A stretch of DNA of 61,290 nt from an uncultured Bdellovibrionales bacterium (lineage in GTDB: Bacteria > Patescibacteriota > Minisyncoccia > Moranbacterales > UBA1568). Under the pieces are notes generated by a model that saw only the letters and a list, made by a program, of their open reading frames with translations, was not told the DNA's origin and ran no database searches. The position numbers and the translations under genes are program-made. The stretch's first letter is position 1; each line of letters starts with the position of its first letter. This document shows positions 9,904-18,906 of this stretch, piece after piece. The DNA lies in the NCBI GenBank assembly GCA_964624415.1, contig CAZUWR010000004.1, forward strand, positions 1-61,290, written 5' to 3'.

Positions 9904-10863
9904 CTATTGAGGGCCGAAATTTTCAGGCGTGAATACCTCATCCTTCACCGCCCCGCCCGTAGGGCGTATCGGTTTTGCAGGAGTGTTTTCGCCCATCCGC
10001 ACAAAAGTTCTGCTTCCGTCTTCCGAGCTTACTTTCAATTCCCTTTCCACTTCGAAAACCTGCTTATTATCCGCTGCCAGTATGCCATTGTATGCCTTGT
10101 TTCCATCAGTCTCCACACTGACCGTAAGCGGCTTGCCCTGTACGGATACCTCGAATTTCGTTTTCGTGACAGGCTCAGTGGTTGTAAGGTTCAGGTCGCT
10201 CTCCTGAGATACTGCTGAGACTTCATAGTTTGCCTGCACCGAAAACGTGATTACTTTCTCCTTTTTAAATTTATTCGATGAAACGACCGTAAACGTGTTC
10301 AGTCCCGGTTGCAAGCCCACCTGCTCAGAAAATTCGCCATTGTCATGAACGAGCACCGATTGTCCATTGATAATCACACTAGCATCCTTTTCCGTTGTAC
10401 CACGCACAGACACATCATGAGTGTTGATAACCTGCCCATCGGATGGTTCGAGTATAACCAATCTCGGTACCGATGCAAAAGACTGAAACTCCCGATACAG
10501 ATAGATAAAACCACTCAAAGCAACTACAATGACGCCACTTACGATAAAAAGCTTGGGCGTCACTATGAAATGCGGAAAATTGAACGTGCTTTTGGTTTGT
10601 TCCTGAAACTGTTCTTTCTTCAGATTTTTCTGAATATTTCTCTCACGCTCGTACATTTTCACCAAAACTTCCTCATCCGTTCCAAGAAACTGAGCGTAAC
10701 TGCGTACGAATCCACGGACATACACTTCCGCGGGAAGCTTCTCATATTCACCATTTTCCAGGTATTCGAGATACTTGACCTGAATCTTTGTTTGTTTGTA
10801 AACCTCATTCAAACTGATCCGATATTCACTTCGAATCTTTTTCAATTTCTCACCCAGAGTCAT
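9904..10863 (-). CDS. RodZ-like cytoskeleton protein (HTH domain, TM helix, C-terminal DUF4115-like beta domain)
   Basis: MTLGEKLKKIRSEYRISLNEVYKQTKIQVKYLEYLENGEYEKLPAEVYVRGFVRSYAQFLG, then TM FIVSGVIVVALSGFIYL, then beta-rich repeats. ORF track start 10902; Met14 at 10863 preferred. Confidence 0.7.
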   Translation of the reverse strand: MTLGEKLKKIRSEYRISLNEVYKQTKIQVKYLEYLENGEYEKLPAEVYVRGFVRSYAQFLGTDEEVLVKMYERERNIQKNLKKEQFQEQTKSTFNFPHFIVTPKLFIVSGVIVVALSGFIYLYREFQSFASVPRLVILEPSDGQVINTHDVSVRGTTEKDASVIINGQSVLVHDNGEFSEQVGLQPGLNTFTVVSSNKFKKEKVITFSVQANYEVSAVSQESDLNLTTTEPVTKTKFEVSVQGKPLTVSVETDGNKAYNGILAADNKQVFEVERELKVSSEDGSRTFVRMGENTPAKPIRPTGGAVKDEVFTPENFGPQ

Positions 10864-10974
10864 CGACTCCACTTTTTTTCGTGTAAATCCTGCATTCACC
10901 ATACCGGCAGTATAGCAATTTCAAGCCAAAAAGCAAGGGCTCAGTAACTATCCCAAATCTCATGCCGAGCTATA

Positions 10975-11070
10975 CATTTGAAAATTCCGAGCGAAAAAGC
11001 TGAAAAGTGCGAAGGGCTATCAGGATAACTCGACAAGCTTTTCGGTTTTTACAGCCGGAATTTTCGAATG
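10975..11070. other. ~96-nt imperfect intercistronic hairpin (ftsK | rodZ-like)
   Basis: CATTTGAAAATTCCG (10975-10989) pairs with CGGAATTTTCGAATG (11056-11070). An inner stem CGAAAAAGCT / AGCTTTTCG is also present. Confidence 0.45.
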
Positions 11071-11127
11071 TTAGCCGGTAAGCAGTGTTTTTTGTTTCAC
11101 ATGCGCGGTGAGATTCGAGATAGTTAC

Positions 11128-13560
11128 TTACATTTGCCACCGATCGCGCTTCTCTTGTTCGGAGAAAACATCCTCTTCCTGATGATCCGCATCATCGGAA
11201 ACCGCAGCGCCATCCGCATACACTTCTCTGGGCTTGGCGCCATCGGACGGACCGATAATACCATCCTCTTCGAGGAGATCAAGGATACGCGCCGCACGGG
11301 AATACCCCACGCGCAAACGTCGTTGTAGCAAAGATGCGGACGCCTTGCCTGCTTGTATGACCAGGGCTTTAGCTTCCATATAGAGGTCATCTTCCGAGGA
11401 ATGATTACCTTCCGATGCATCATCCATATCGAAGGCCATCTCGCCGGGCGCGGACGATGACTGTCCTAATCCGAGCGAAGCGATCTCATCGGGAATATCT
11501 TCTTCATTGCCATCCTCACGCTTTTGCTGTTTCAGAAAATCCACCACGCGCTTCACCTCTTCTTCAGTAATCAAAACGCCCTGCAAACGTTTCGGTTGAT
11601 TGGATCCCGTGGAGAGATAGAGCATATCGCCGCGTCCGAGGAGTTTTTCCGCCCCGCCCTGATCCAAGATAGTGCGCGAATCGATCTGTGTCGCCACCTG
11701 AAAGGCGATGCGCGTCGTGATATTGGCTTTGATCAATCCCGTCAAAACTTCGACACTCGGCCGCTGCGTCGCCAAGATCAAGTGAATACCGACTGCACGC
11801 GACATCTGTGCCAAGCGCACAATCAAACCCTCTACATCCTTGCCATGCGCCATAATAAGATCCGCCATTTCATCGATGACAATAACGATATACGGCAGCT
11901 TCTCAAGATCTTCTTCGGAACTCTTATTTGTTTTGACATTGACCACCGTGCGTTTCTCTCCTTTGTCGTACTTCTGTTTATACGAAGCAAGGTCACGCGA
12001 TCCTACTTCCTGCAGCACCTTATACCGTCGTTCCATTTCATCCACCGCCCATTTCAAAACCTTGACCACCTTTTTATTTTCCACGATAACCGGTGTCAAA
12101 AGATGCGGGATGCCATTATACAAAGACAATTCCACGCGCTTCGGATCCACCAGGATAAATTTGAGATCATCCGGTGAATTCTGATACAAAAGCGAAATCA
12201 AGAGCGTATTGACGCACACACTTTTTCCAGAATTGGTCGCTCCCGCTACTAGCAAGTGCGGCATTTTTCGCAAATCGCTCAACACATACTCCCCCATCAC
12301 ATCCTCTCCCAACACCAGCATCATATTCCCCTCCCGCTTGGTAAATCCTGGTTTTTTGAGTATGGATTTCATGCGCACCATAGAAGACGACTGATTCGGC
12401 ACCTCTATGCCCACCAATGACTTTCCCGGAATAGGCGCCTCGATACGGATAGACTGCGCTGCGAGTTCCAAAGCGAGGTCATTGCTCAAAGACGTAATGC
12501 GGGAAAGCTTGACACCTGCTGTCGGACGGAACGTATACTGCGTCACAGTCGGCCCCGTCTGAATCTCGCCGAGCTCTACGGAAATACCGAAATGCTTAAG
12601 TGTTTTTTGAATAATGATCGCATTATGCTCGTTTTTGGCGCCCTTGTCCCGAGGCATTTCCGTATCCAAAAGATCCATCGATGGCAAAACCCAGTGCCGC
12701 TTCACAGTCCTCTTCTTGCGAGGCTTTACTTTCTCAGTAAAAGTATCGTCGTCCTCACTCTCAGACACCCCATTATCAGCCGTTTCTCCCACAAACTCGA
12801 TATGGCGGATATTTTCCGCTTCCAGCATCGCGGATTCATCATAAGGAAGTGCTGACGCTTCCATTGGAAAAGGCATCTCCATCGGTGACTCTTGCACCGA
12901 ATCTCGAGAAAGCGGCGACTCCATATCCAGAACGCTTTCGGATTCATCCGTAATTTCATGTTCAACATCCAATTGTTTATCGCGCTTCAAGCGTGATTGC
13001 AGACGTTCAAAAAAATGGATAAGTGAAACATTGAAAGCTGTCATCAAACCGGTAAGCAACAGCGTGGCCAAAATAAGTGTCCCGGCCACCGTACCCGTAA
13101 ACTTCTGTAGCACGAAAGCGAGCGCGAATCCGATATAACCACCACCAATACCCGACTGTGCCGCCTTAAGCAAATCCTCACGCAAATACAAATGGAAAAA
13201 ACCAAGCAGACTTATAAAGGCAACTGTCAGTCCTGCAAGTTTCAAAAACTCCGCCAAAGAACTCTGACGACGATGTAGTAAAAAGACACTCGCTGTCATA
13301 AGAACCGGAGGGAAAGCCCACTTACCCCATCCGAAGAGTTTTCCGAGCACGCTATTGAGAAAACTCCCTAAAAGGCCGGCGCCCTCGAAAAATCCCAACA
13401 CAAACAATACCGCTAATGCGAAAAGTACAACTGCAATAATACTTCGCTTAGTATCCCCGTGCAGCAAAGGAACCTCTTCTTCCTCAAGGGTTTCCTCGTC
13501 TTCCAACGGAATCTCGGCGTACTTTTTTTTTCGTCCCATAAAAATATGTGTATACGACAT
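11128..13560 (-). CDS. ftsK: DNA translocase FtsK/SpoIIIE
   Basis: N-terminal TM helices, acidic linker, motor domain with AGATNSGKSV (Walker A) and VIVIDEMADL (Walker B), and a gamma winged helix ASLLQRRLRVGYSRAARILDLLEEDGIIGP. Confidence 0.93.
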   Translation of the reverse strand: MSYTHIFMGRKKKYAEIPLEDEETLEEEEVPLLHGDTKRSIIAVVLFALAVLFVLGFFEGAGLLGSFLNSVLGKLFGWGKWAFPPVLMTASVFLLHRRQSSLAEFLKLAGLTVAFISLLGFFHLYLREDLLKAAQSGIGGGYIGFALAFVLQKFTGTVAGTLILATLLLTGLMTAFNVSLIHFFERLQSRLKRDKQLDVEHEITDESESVLDMESPLSRDSVQESPMEMPFPMEASALPYDESAMLEAENIRHIEFVGETADNGVSESEDDDTFTEKVKPRKKRTVKRHWVLPSMDLLDTEMPRDKGAKNEHNAIIIQKTLKHFGISVELGEIQTGPTVTQYTFRPTAGVKLSRITSLSNDLALELAAQSIRIEAPIPGKSLVGIEVPNQSSSMVRMKSILKKPGFTKREGNMMLVLGEDVMGEYVLSDLRKMPHLLVAGATNSGKSVCVNTLLISLLYQNSPDDLKFILVDPKRVELSLYNGIPHLLTPVIVENKKVVKVLKWAVDEMERRYKVLQEVGSRDLASYKQKYDKGEKRTVVNVKTNKSSEEDLEKLPYIVIVIDEMADLIMAHGKDVEGLIVRLAQMSRAVGIHLILATQRPSVEVLTGLIKANITTRIAFQVATQIDSRTILDQGGAEKLLGRGDMLYLSTGSNQPKRLQGVLITEEEVKRVVDFLKQQKREDGNEEDIPDEIASLGLGQSSSAPGEMAFDMDDASEGNHSSEDDLYMEAKALVIQAGKASASLLQRRLRVGYSRAARILDLLEEDGIIGPSDGAKPREVYADGAAVSDDADHQEEDVFSEQEKRDRWQM

Positions 13561-13606
13561 TAATACCTACAGTATACTACACAATCATATGAAACTATAG
13601 TGCACA

Positions 13607-13769
13607 TATACTGAAACTTACACCTAACTGCGTGTACCATTCCAATATTTCGGCTGCGACTTTGAGAAAATCACTCAACGTATCTACGGATATGTCTTCT
13701 CATTTTCACTTCGTCTCGCTCGAAATATCAAAATAGTCCTGTACGCAGTTAGGTGTAAGTTTCAGTATA
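13607..13769. other. 163-nt hairpin with 27-bp perfect stem upstream of ftsK
   Basis: TATACTGAAACTTACACCTAACTGCGT (13607-13633) is the exact reverse complement of ACGCAGTTAGGTGTAAGTTTCAGTATA (13743-13769). The interior has further pairing (AATATTTCG / CGAAATAT). Confidence 0.6.
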
Positions 13770-13770
13770 A

Positions 13771-13794
13771 CACAAAACCCGCTTGTGGCGGGTT
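13771..13794 (-). terminator. rho-independent terminator of the CAP-domain gene
   Basis: AACCCGC (13776-13782) / GCGGGTT (13788-13794), followed on the minus strand by TTTTGTG. It lies 8 nt past the stop at 13802. Confidence 0.65.
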
Positions 13795-13801
13795 CGTGTC
13801 G

Positions 13802-14578
13802 TTATCCTCGGTGACTTGCAAACACATCCGAATGCAACCACACGAAATACGGCACTTTTTGGCTTCGTAGGATAGTCTTCAAGCCGATGCCTATGATAAG
13901 CATCACGATAAGCAGTCCTATCCACTCAATCAAAAGCACTTTTGTTGCCGTGTGATCCGGAGATATTTCAGGTGTTGTCATCATTTGAGATGAACCCAAA
14001 GACAAAGACCTAGCGGATGCTATAATCGTATTTTCCTGTACTTGAGCTATCGGAGATATCGTCCGTTCAGATACGCTTGAAAGCACTATACCCGATGGAA
14101 AACCGAACATCTGCACGGTGATAATAGCTGACTGTCCGTTACGCATCGTCTCTTTGACCGCCACACCGATATCTTGATACTTTGGATTCAAAAGGTTTTC
14201 ACGATGTTTCACGCTTTCCATCCACGCCTTTTCCTGATCCCTCGCATCCGTAAAATGGATAGCAAGATTTTCTCCGGCGAAACGATAGTCATACCCGGAC
14301 TGCTCTATCCAGTGCCACGGCGTGACACCGCTAGGTGAAGTATGAGCAAAATAATCATTCTTAGCCATATCATCAGCCTTGGCCTGGGCTGCATGAGTCA
14401 ATGCTTCATTGACCGTAAGCGGAGATACTCCCTGACTGATGCGATCACGATTTACCAATTCCACAACCGTATCAGGAGTGATAGCATCAGCTTTGGCTAC
14501 AGCAAAGGACGAAAAAGCAAAGCTCAGCACGAAAAAACTGAAAGCTATGTGGATAAGTTGTGGATAAATACGTTTCAT
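13802..14578 (-). CDS. CAP/SCP (PR-1-like) domain protein with signal peptide and C-terminal TM anchor
   Basis: VELVNRDRISQGVSPLTVNEALTHAAQAKADDMAKNDYFAHTSPSG...GENLA...W..S..HRENLLNPKYQDIGVAV matches the CAP/YkwD pattern. C-terminal helix LLIEWIGLLIVMLIIGIGL. Confidence 0.75.
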   Translation of the reverse strand: MKRIYPQLIHIAFSFFVLSFAFSSFAVAKADAITPDTVVELVNRDRISQGVSPLTVNEALTHAAQAKADDMAKNDYFAHTSPSGVTPWHWIEQSGYDYRFAGENLAIHFTDARDQEKAWMESVKHRENLLNPKYQDIGVAVKETMRNGQSAIITVQMFGFPSGIVLSSVSERTISPIAQVQENTIIASARSLSLGSSQMMTTPEISPDHTATKVLLIEWIGLLIVMLIIGIGLKTILRSQKVPYFVWLHSDVFASHRG

Positions 14579-14591
14579 AAGTATGTTGTAT

Positions 14592-14628
14592 AAAAAAAAA
14601 CGGGTTCCCTCGAAAGGGCACCCGTTTT
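14592..14628 (-). terminator. rho-independent terminator of trxB (bidirectional)
   Basis: AAAAAAAAACGGGTTCCC-TCGAAA-GGGCACCCGTTTT, about 50 nt past the trxB stop. Confidence 0.75.
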
Positions 14629-14678
14629 CATCTATCTGATACCATTATAGCGTATTTTTTGATTGTTGTCAAATACAC

Positions 14679-15608
14679 CTACACCCCGCGTTGCAGATAC
14701 TGCAAGATGCTATTGGCAGCGATAGCGCCTTCAGAGGCGGCTGTCACGATTTGACGGAAATGATTGGACGCGGTGGTGGCATCACCCGCGGCATACACTC
14801 CGGGGATAGTCGTCGCCTGATCAGGCATTACCTGGACATATCCTTGCTCATCCAAAGTCACTCCAAGCGATTTCAGAAATCCAGTATTGGGCGTCAATCC
14901 AATTTCTACGAACAGTCCGTCGGTTTTCAAAAGGTTTGTTCCCTGATATTCCTTATCGAGCACAAGATTGTCGATACGGTTTTCACCTTTAATTTCTGTT
15001 ATATTGGTCTCGAAAATCATTTCGATATTAGTTTTCTTCGCGAGCAGGTCCTGCCAAAATTGTTCCGCGCGCATTTCTTTGCCACGCACCACGATATACA
15101 CCTTGGCACAAATGTCAGACAGATAGGCGCCGGCTTCGGCGGCGCTGTCCCCTCCTCCCGCTATAGTCACTATTTTTTGCTTGAAGAAAAATCCGTCGCA
15201 GGTCGGGCAATACGAAACGCCTTTTCCAGCCAATTCTTTTTCACCAGGTACATTAAGATACCGATGATGCGTCCCTGTCGCTGAAAGAATGGTTTTTGCC
15301 GAAAGCACCTTGCCATCCGCAAGAGTGAGAAGGAATCCGCCTTCATCTTGTTTAGCGATATCGGTCACGATAGCGGAGCGGATTTCCGCACCATAACTAC
15401 GGACATGCGCCGCGGAGGCATCAGCGAACGCTTGTCCAGCGATATTTTCAGTGCCAAGCCAATTACCGATTTCAAATGTCTGCGTCATAAGTCCGCCCGT
15501 CACTTCACCGATGACCAAGTGCTTGATGCCATAACGCGACGCATAAATACTCGCTGAAAGTCCCGCTGGACCCGCTCCGATAATCACTAAATCAAATGTT
15601 TCTGTCAT
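14679..15608 (-). CDS. trxB: thioredoxin-disulfide reductase
   Basis: DLVIIGAGPAGLSASIYASR (FAD site), redox-active CPTCDG, IAGGGDSAAEAGAYL (NADPH site), GVYAAGD. 309 aa. Confidence 0.9.
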   Translation of the reverse strand: MTETFDLVIIGAGPAGLSASIYASRYGIKHLVIGEVTGGLMTQTFEIGNWLGTENIAGQAFADASAAHVRSYGAEIRSAIVTDIAKQDEGGFLLTLADGKVLSAKTILSATGTHHRYLNVPGEKELAGKGVSYCPTCDGFFFKQKIVTIAGGGDSAAEAGAYLSDICAKVYIVVRGKEMRAEQFWQDLLAKKTNIEMIFETNITEIKGENRIDNLVLDKEYQGTNLLKTDGLFVEIGLTPNTGFLKSLGVTLDEQGYVQVMPDQATTIPGVYAAGDATTASNHFRQIVTAASEGAIAANSILQYLQRGV

Positions 15609-15631
15609 AGATATTACTATAAGAGTATGAA

Positions 15632-17050
15632 TTACAGCTGTTTTACTTGGGTACGGAACTGATTCCCTCGATCAAACTCATTTTCAAAAAGGCCAAAACT
15701 CGTCGCACCCGGAGATAAAAGCACCGTATCGCCTGAACTGGCTTTTTCGGATGCGATCCGCACCGCATCTTCCATGGAATCAACTCTATCAAACACTCTT
15801 TCTTTCTGTGTATCCGGAAGATGACTGCGCAGAGCTTTGATAATCTTTTCCGTTGCCTCACCGCTTAAGAAAACCACATCTTTCGTATGATGAGCGATTG
15901 CATCGCCGAAAGCATCGAATTCCAATCCCTTATTACTGCCCCCCGCGATGAGAATAACAGGGGTCTTCTCAAACGAACGAAGTGCCATAATGGCAGCCTG
16001 AGGAACCGTGGCCGCCGTATCATTATAGTACTTGACGCCGTTTTTTTCGCAAATATATTCCAATCGATGCGCCACACCTGAAAAACGCATGACGGCCTTA
16101 CGAATAGCTTGAGCATTGACGCCGTACGCCAAAGCGCCGCCGATAGCCGCTAAGACATTACTCAGATTATGCTCCCCTCGCAAAGCGATTTCGGAAAGCC
16201 CTATAATTTTCGTACACACATCATCAAGAACGCACACGATATTTCCGTTTTCGATAAAAACGCCTTGATCCGAGAGTGTCTCATGCTCCGAAAATCCCAG
16301 TGTCTGGGCTCGCGCATCCGCTACTACCTCCACGACATCGGTACTCTCTCTATTAAAAATCAGCCAATCCTTCGACGTCTGGAAAGCCAAGATATTCTTC
16401 TTATCCCTCGCGTATGCTGCCATGCTTTTATAGTAGTTAAGGTGATCGGGAAAAAGATTGGTGAATACGGCGATATGCGGACTCTTTTGTATATGCGAAA
16501 GCGACGAAAGTCTCCAACTGGAAAGCTCGAATACGACTACCGATTTCGCTTTCACGGTATCGAGAGCATCGAGTATGGGCGCCTGTTCGACGCCTGCCCG
16601 TACGACGTGATAACCCGCAGTTTTAAGAATATCCGCTAAAAGCATAGCCGTCGTGGTCTTGCCTTTCGTGCCAGTGATGCCGATAATCGGTCGCGGGCAA
16701 AGTTGAAAAAAAAGACTGACATCCATCTCGACCGGGATATTGTTTTTAAGTGCGATCTTCACATACTCATTGGTCCATGATATACCCGGATTGAGAATGA
16801 CCATATCGACGCGCGAAAAATCCTCCGGTCGATGTTGACCCAATACATACGTGATATTTTTTACCCCTTTAAGCAATGCTACGGATACGGCTAATTCGGA
16901 CCGCTTCTTGATATCGGTCACAATGATTTCTCGAGCACCGCATTTTGCCAAAAACTGCACTGTTGAGACACCGCCGCCATTGAGTCCCAAACCGAAAACC
17001 GTGATGCGCTTATTCTTGAAAAATTGTCTTGTAATCATACCTGTAATCAT
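15632..17050 (-). CDS. murD: UDP-N-acetylmuramoylalanine--D-glutamate ligase
   Basis: KRITVFGLGLNGGGVSTVQFL Rossmann N-domain, IIGITGTKGKTTT P-loop and the Mur ligase middle/C-terminal layout. 472 aa. Confidence 0.88.
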   Translation of the reverse strand: MITGMITRQFFKNKRITVFGLGLNGGGVSTVQFLAKCGAREIIVTDIKKRSELAVSVALLKGVKNITYVLGQHRPEDFSRVDMVILNPGISWTNEYVKIALKNNIPVEMDVSLFFQLCPRPIIGITGTKGKTTTAMLLADILKTAGYHVVRAGVEQAPILDALDTVKAKSVVVFELSSWRLSSLSHIQKSPHIAVFTNLFPDHLNYYKSMAAYARDKKNILAFQTSKDWLIFNRESTDVVEVVADARAQTLGFSEHETLSDQGVFIENGNIVCVLDDVCTKIIGLSEIALRGEHNLSNVLAAIGGALAYGVNAQAIRKAVMRFSGVAHRLEYICEKNGVKYYNDTAATVPQAAIMALRSFEKTPVILIAGGSNKGLEFDAFGDAIAHHTKDVVFLSGEATEKIIKALRSHLPDTQKERVFDRVDSMEDAVRIASEKASSGDTVLLSPGATSFGLFENEFDRGNQFRTQVKQL

Positions 17051-17056
17051 CTCTAT

Positions 17057-17179
17057 TAGGACTTACGCGTTTGAGCGTAGTTCTAGGCGCGAATGAGGAC
17101 ACGGAGTAAGCCGTATATATGATACGGTGTCGAGTACCGGAATTCGGAACGACGAAATGCGCCAAACGCGTAAGTCCTA
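17057..17179. other. 123-nt hairpin with 17-bp perfect closing stem, ending 6 nt upstream of the murD start codon
   Basis: TAGGACTTACGCGTTTG (17057-17073) is the exact reverse complement of CAAACGCGTAAGTCCTA (17163-17179). Internal hairpin CCGTAT-ATATG-ATACGG. Confidence 0.6.
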
Positions 17180-17247
17180 TGTGTATAAAAGAGTCTCCAT
17201 CGTCCGAACACTTTGTCGAGAATACTTATTGTAGAGCGTGCTGAAGT

Positions 17248-18837
17248 CTAAAACCACGAGGATACTGATTTTCGAAGCACTTCTCCGGCGCGCTTACCTG
17301 TATAGGCGCCCTCTTCAATAGATACGGTTCCATTGACCAGTACCCACCCGATACCCTGAGCATACTGATAGGGATTCTCAGCCGAAGCCAAAGATCGTAT
17401 GTTTTCCGGGTGAAATACCACTATATCAGCATAGTTTCCCTCGCGCAAGATACCTCGATCCTTAATGCCGAAAATCTCCGCCGGTTTACCGCTCATCTTA
17501 TGAATCGCTTCTTCCCAACTCAAGAGCTTCTTTTCTCTGACATATCGTGAAAGCACCAGAGGGAATGTCCCGAAACTTCGCGGATGCACACGCTCTCCTG
17601 TCTTTTCATAATCGATCGAATACCCCGATCCATTACTGCTGATGAGAGAAAACGGATGCTTTATAGCTTTGCTGATGTTTTCTTCGCTTACCGCTTCCAT
17701 GGAAGCGATGGCTCGTCCGCCACTGGCAATGAGCACATATATCAGCGCTTCTTCCGGCGAAGTATTCTGATTTTTAGCGATAGCTGCGATACTTTGGCGC
17801 ACAAGCATCTGATTGAGCGGCGAGGTGAGAATAATTATCTTTGTGTAATCTCTTTTTTTCTCACGCAGCTCGACGATAATTTCTTGCCGCATCTCAGGAT
17901 CTTTGAGCCTTTGGAGCATCATACGCTTACCGCCTTCCGTCACCCAGTCAGGAAGCAGTGTATAAAGAACCGTTCCTGTATTGATATACGGGTATATATC
18001 GAAGGTAATATGAATCCCGCTCGACTGGGCCGCTTCGATAAGATAGAGCGCTTTTTCCATAAGATGCCAATGCTCCTCCTCGGAAGCCTTCAAGTGAGAA
18101 ATATGCATTCGACATCCAGTCGTGCGCGCGATCTGCACCACCTCTTCGATCGATTCTAACAGATGCGTCCCCTCATCACGAAGGTGTACTGTAGAAATAC
18201 CCTCTTGTTTACGGATGAGTGCGCCCAGTGCCTCAAGCTCGCTTGCTGAAGCAGACTTGGCATGGGTATATTCCAATCCCAACGAACATCCCAAAGAGCC
18301 TTCCTTAAGAGACTGCTTAAGCATGGCTATAAGAGATGACACCTCGCCAGACTGCAATGGGCGCGATTCATCCTTGACCAAACCGCGACGCAAGGTACCA
18401 TGCCCGGAGAGCGTCGCGAAATTTACCGACAAGGCATGATGCTCGATTTGAACCAAAAAATCCTTCATGGTCAGCCAGTTAAGGTTGATGTGACGAATAT
18501 CCACCCACTTTTGAATCGACTGTAACATAGAAGCATTAACCAAAGGCGCAAGCGAAGAACCGCAATTGCCCCCAATCACTGTCGTAATACCCTGGTATAT
18601 GAGACTTTCCAAATGCGGATTGGAAAAAATCTGCCAATACGTGTCCGAGTGATTATTAACATCGATAAAGCCGGGCGCCACATAACAGCCCGTCGCATCG
18701 ATTATTCTTTTGGTCGCATCATTATGAAGATTGCCGATACTGACTATTTTTTCTTCCTTGATACCGACATCTGCACGAAACATGCGAGCACCCGTACCAT
18801 CGATAATCGTCCCGTTTTTAATGATGACATCGTACAT
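17248..18837 (-). CDS. amidohydrolase-family protein, N-acyl-D-amino-acid deacylase (D-aminoacylase)-like
   Basis: MYDVIIKNGTIIDGTGARMFRADVGIKEEKIVSIG...IDATGCYVAPGFIDVNNHSD is the typical D-aminoacylase N-terminus. 529 aa. The first metal-ligand motif reads NNH rather than HxH. Confidence 0.72.
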   Translation of the reverse strand: MYDVIIKNGTIIDGTGARMFRADVGIKEEKIVSIGNLHNDATKRIIDATGCYVAPGFIDVNNHSDTYWQIFSNPHLESLIYQGITTVIGGNCGSSLAPLVNASMLQSIQKWVDIRHINLNWLTMKDFLVQIEHHALSVNFATLSGHGTLRRGLVKDESRPLQSGEVSSLIAMLKQSLKEGSLGCSLGLEYTHAKSASASELEALGALIRKQEGISTVHLRDEGTHLLESIEEVVQIARTTGCRMHISHLKASEEEHWHLMEKALYLIEAAQSSGIHITFDIYPYINTGTVLYTLLPDWVTEGGKRMMLQRLKDPEMRQEIIVELREKKRDYTKIIILTSPLNQMLVRQSIAAIAKNQNTSPEEALIYVLIASGGRAIASMEAVSEENISKAIKHPFSLISSNGSGYSIDYEKTGERVHPRSFGTFPLVLSRYVREKKLLSWEEAIHKMSGKPAEIFGIKDRGILREGNYADIVVFHPENIRSLASAENPYQYAQGIGWVLVNGTVSIEEGAYTGKRAGEVLRKSVSSWF

Positions 18838-18906
18838 AAAGTTTGTTTTCTAGGATTTTTTGCATCCGAATACGGTTTCAATCAAACCGCACGTAAGAAG
18901 ATATAT

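Noticed and set aside
17128-17136. Shared short motif (GTGTCGAGT / ACTCGACAC, also TGTCGAG at 11030 and 17214, and TCGAGTG at 39503) as evidence that all long hairpins form one family
   Set aside because: 7-mers are expected several times by chance in 61 kb, and TGTCGAG also occurs inside coding regions (for example 3970 and 4768). The motif's orientation is also inconsistent. Only the 37-nt identity between 3695-3731 and 38724-38760 is statistically meaningful.
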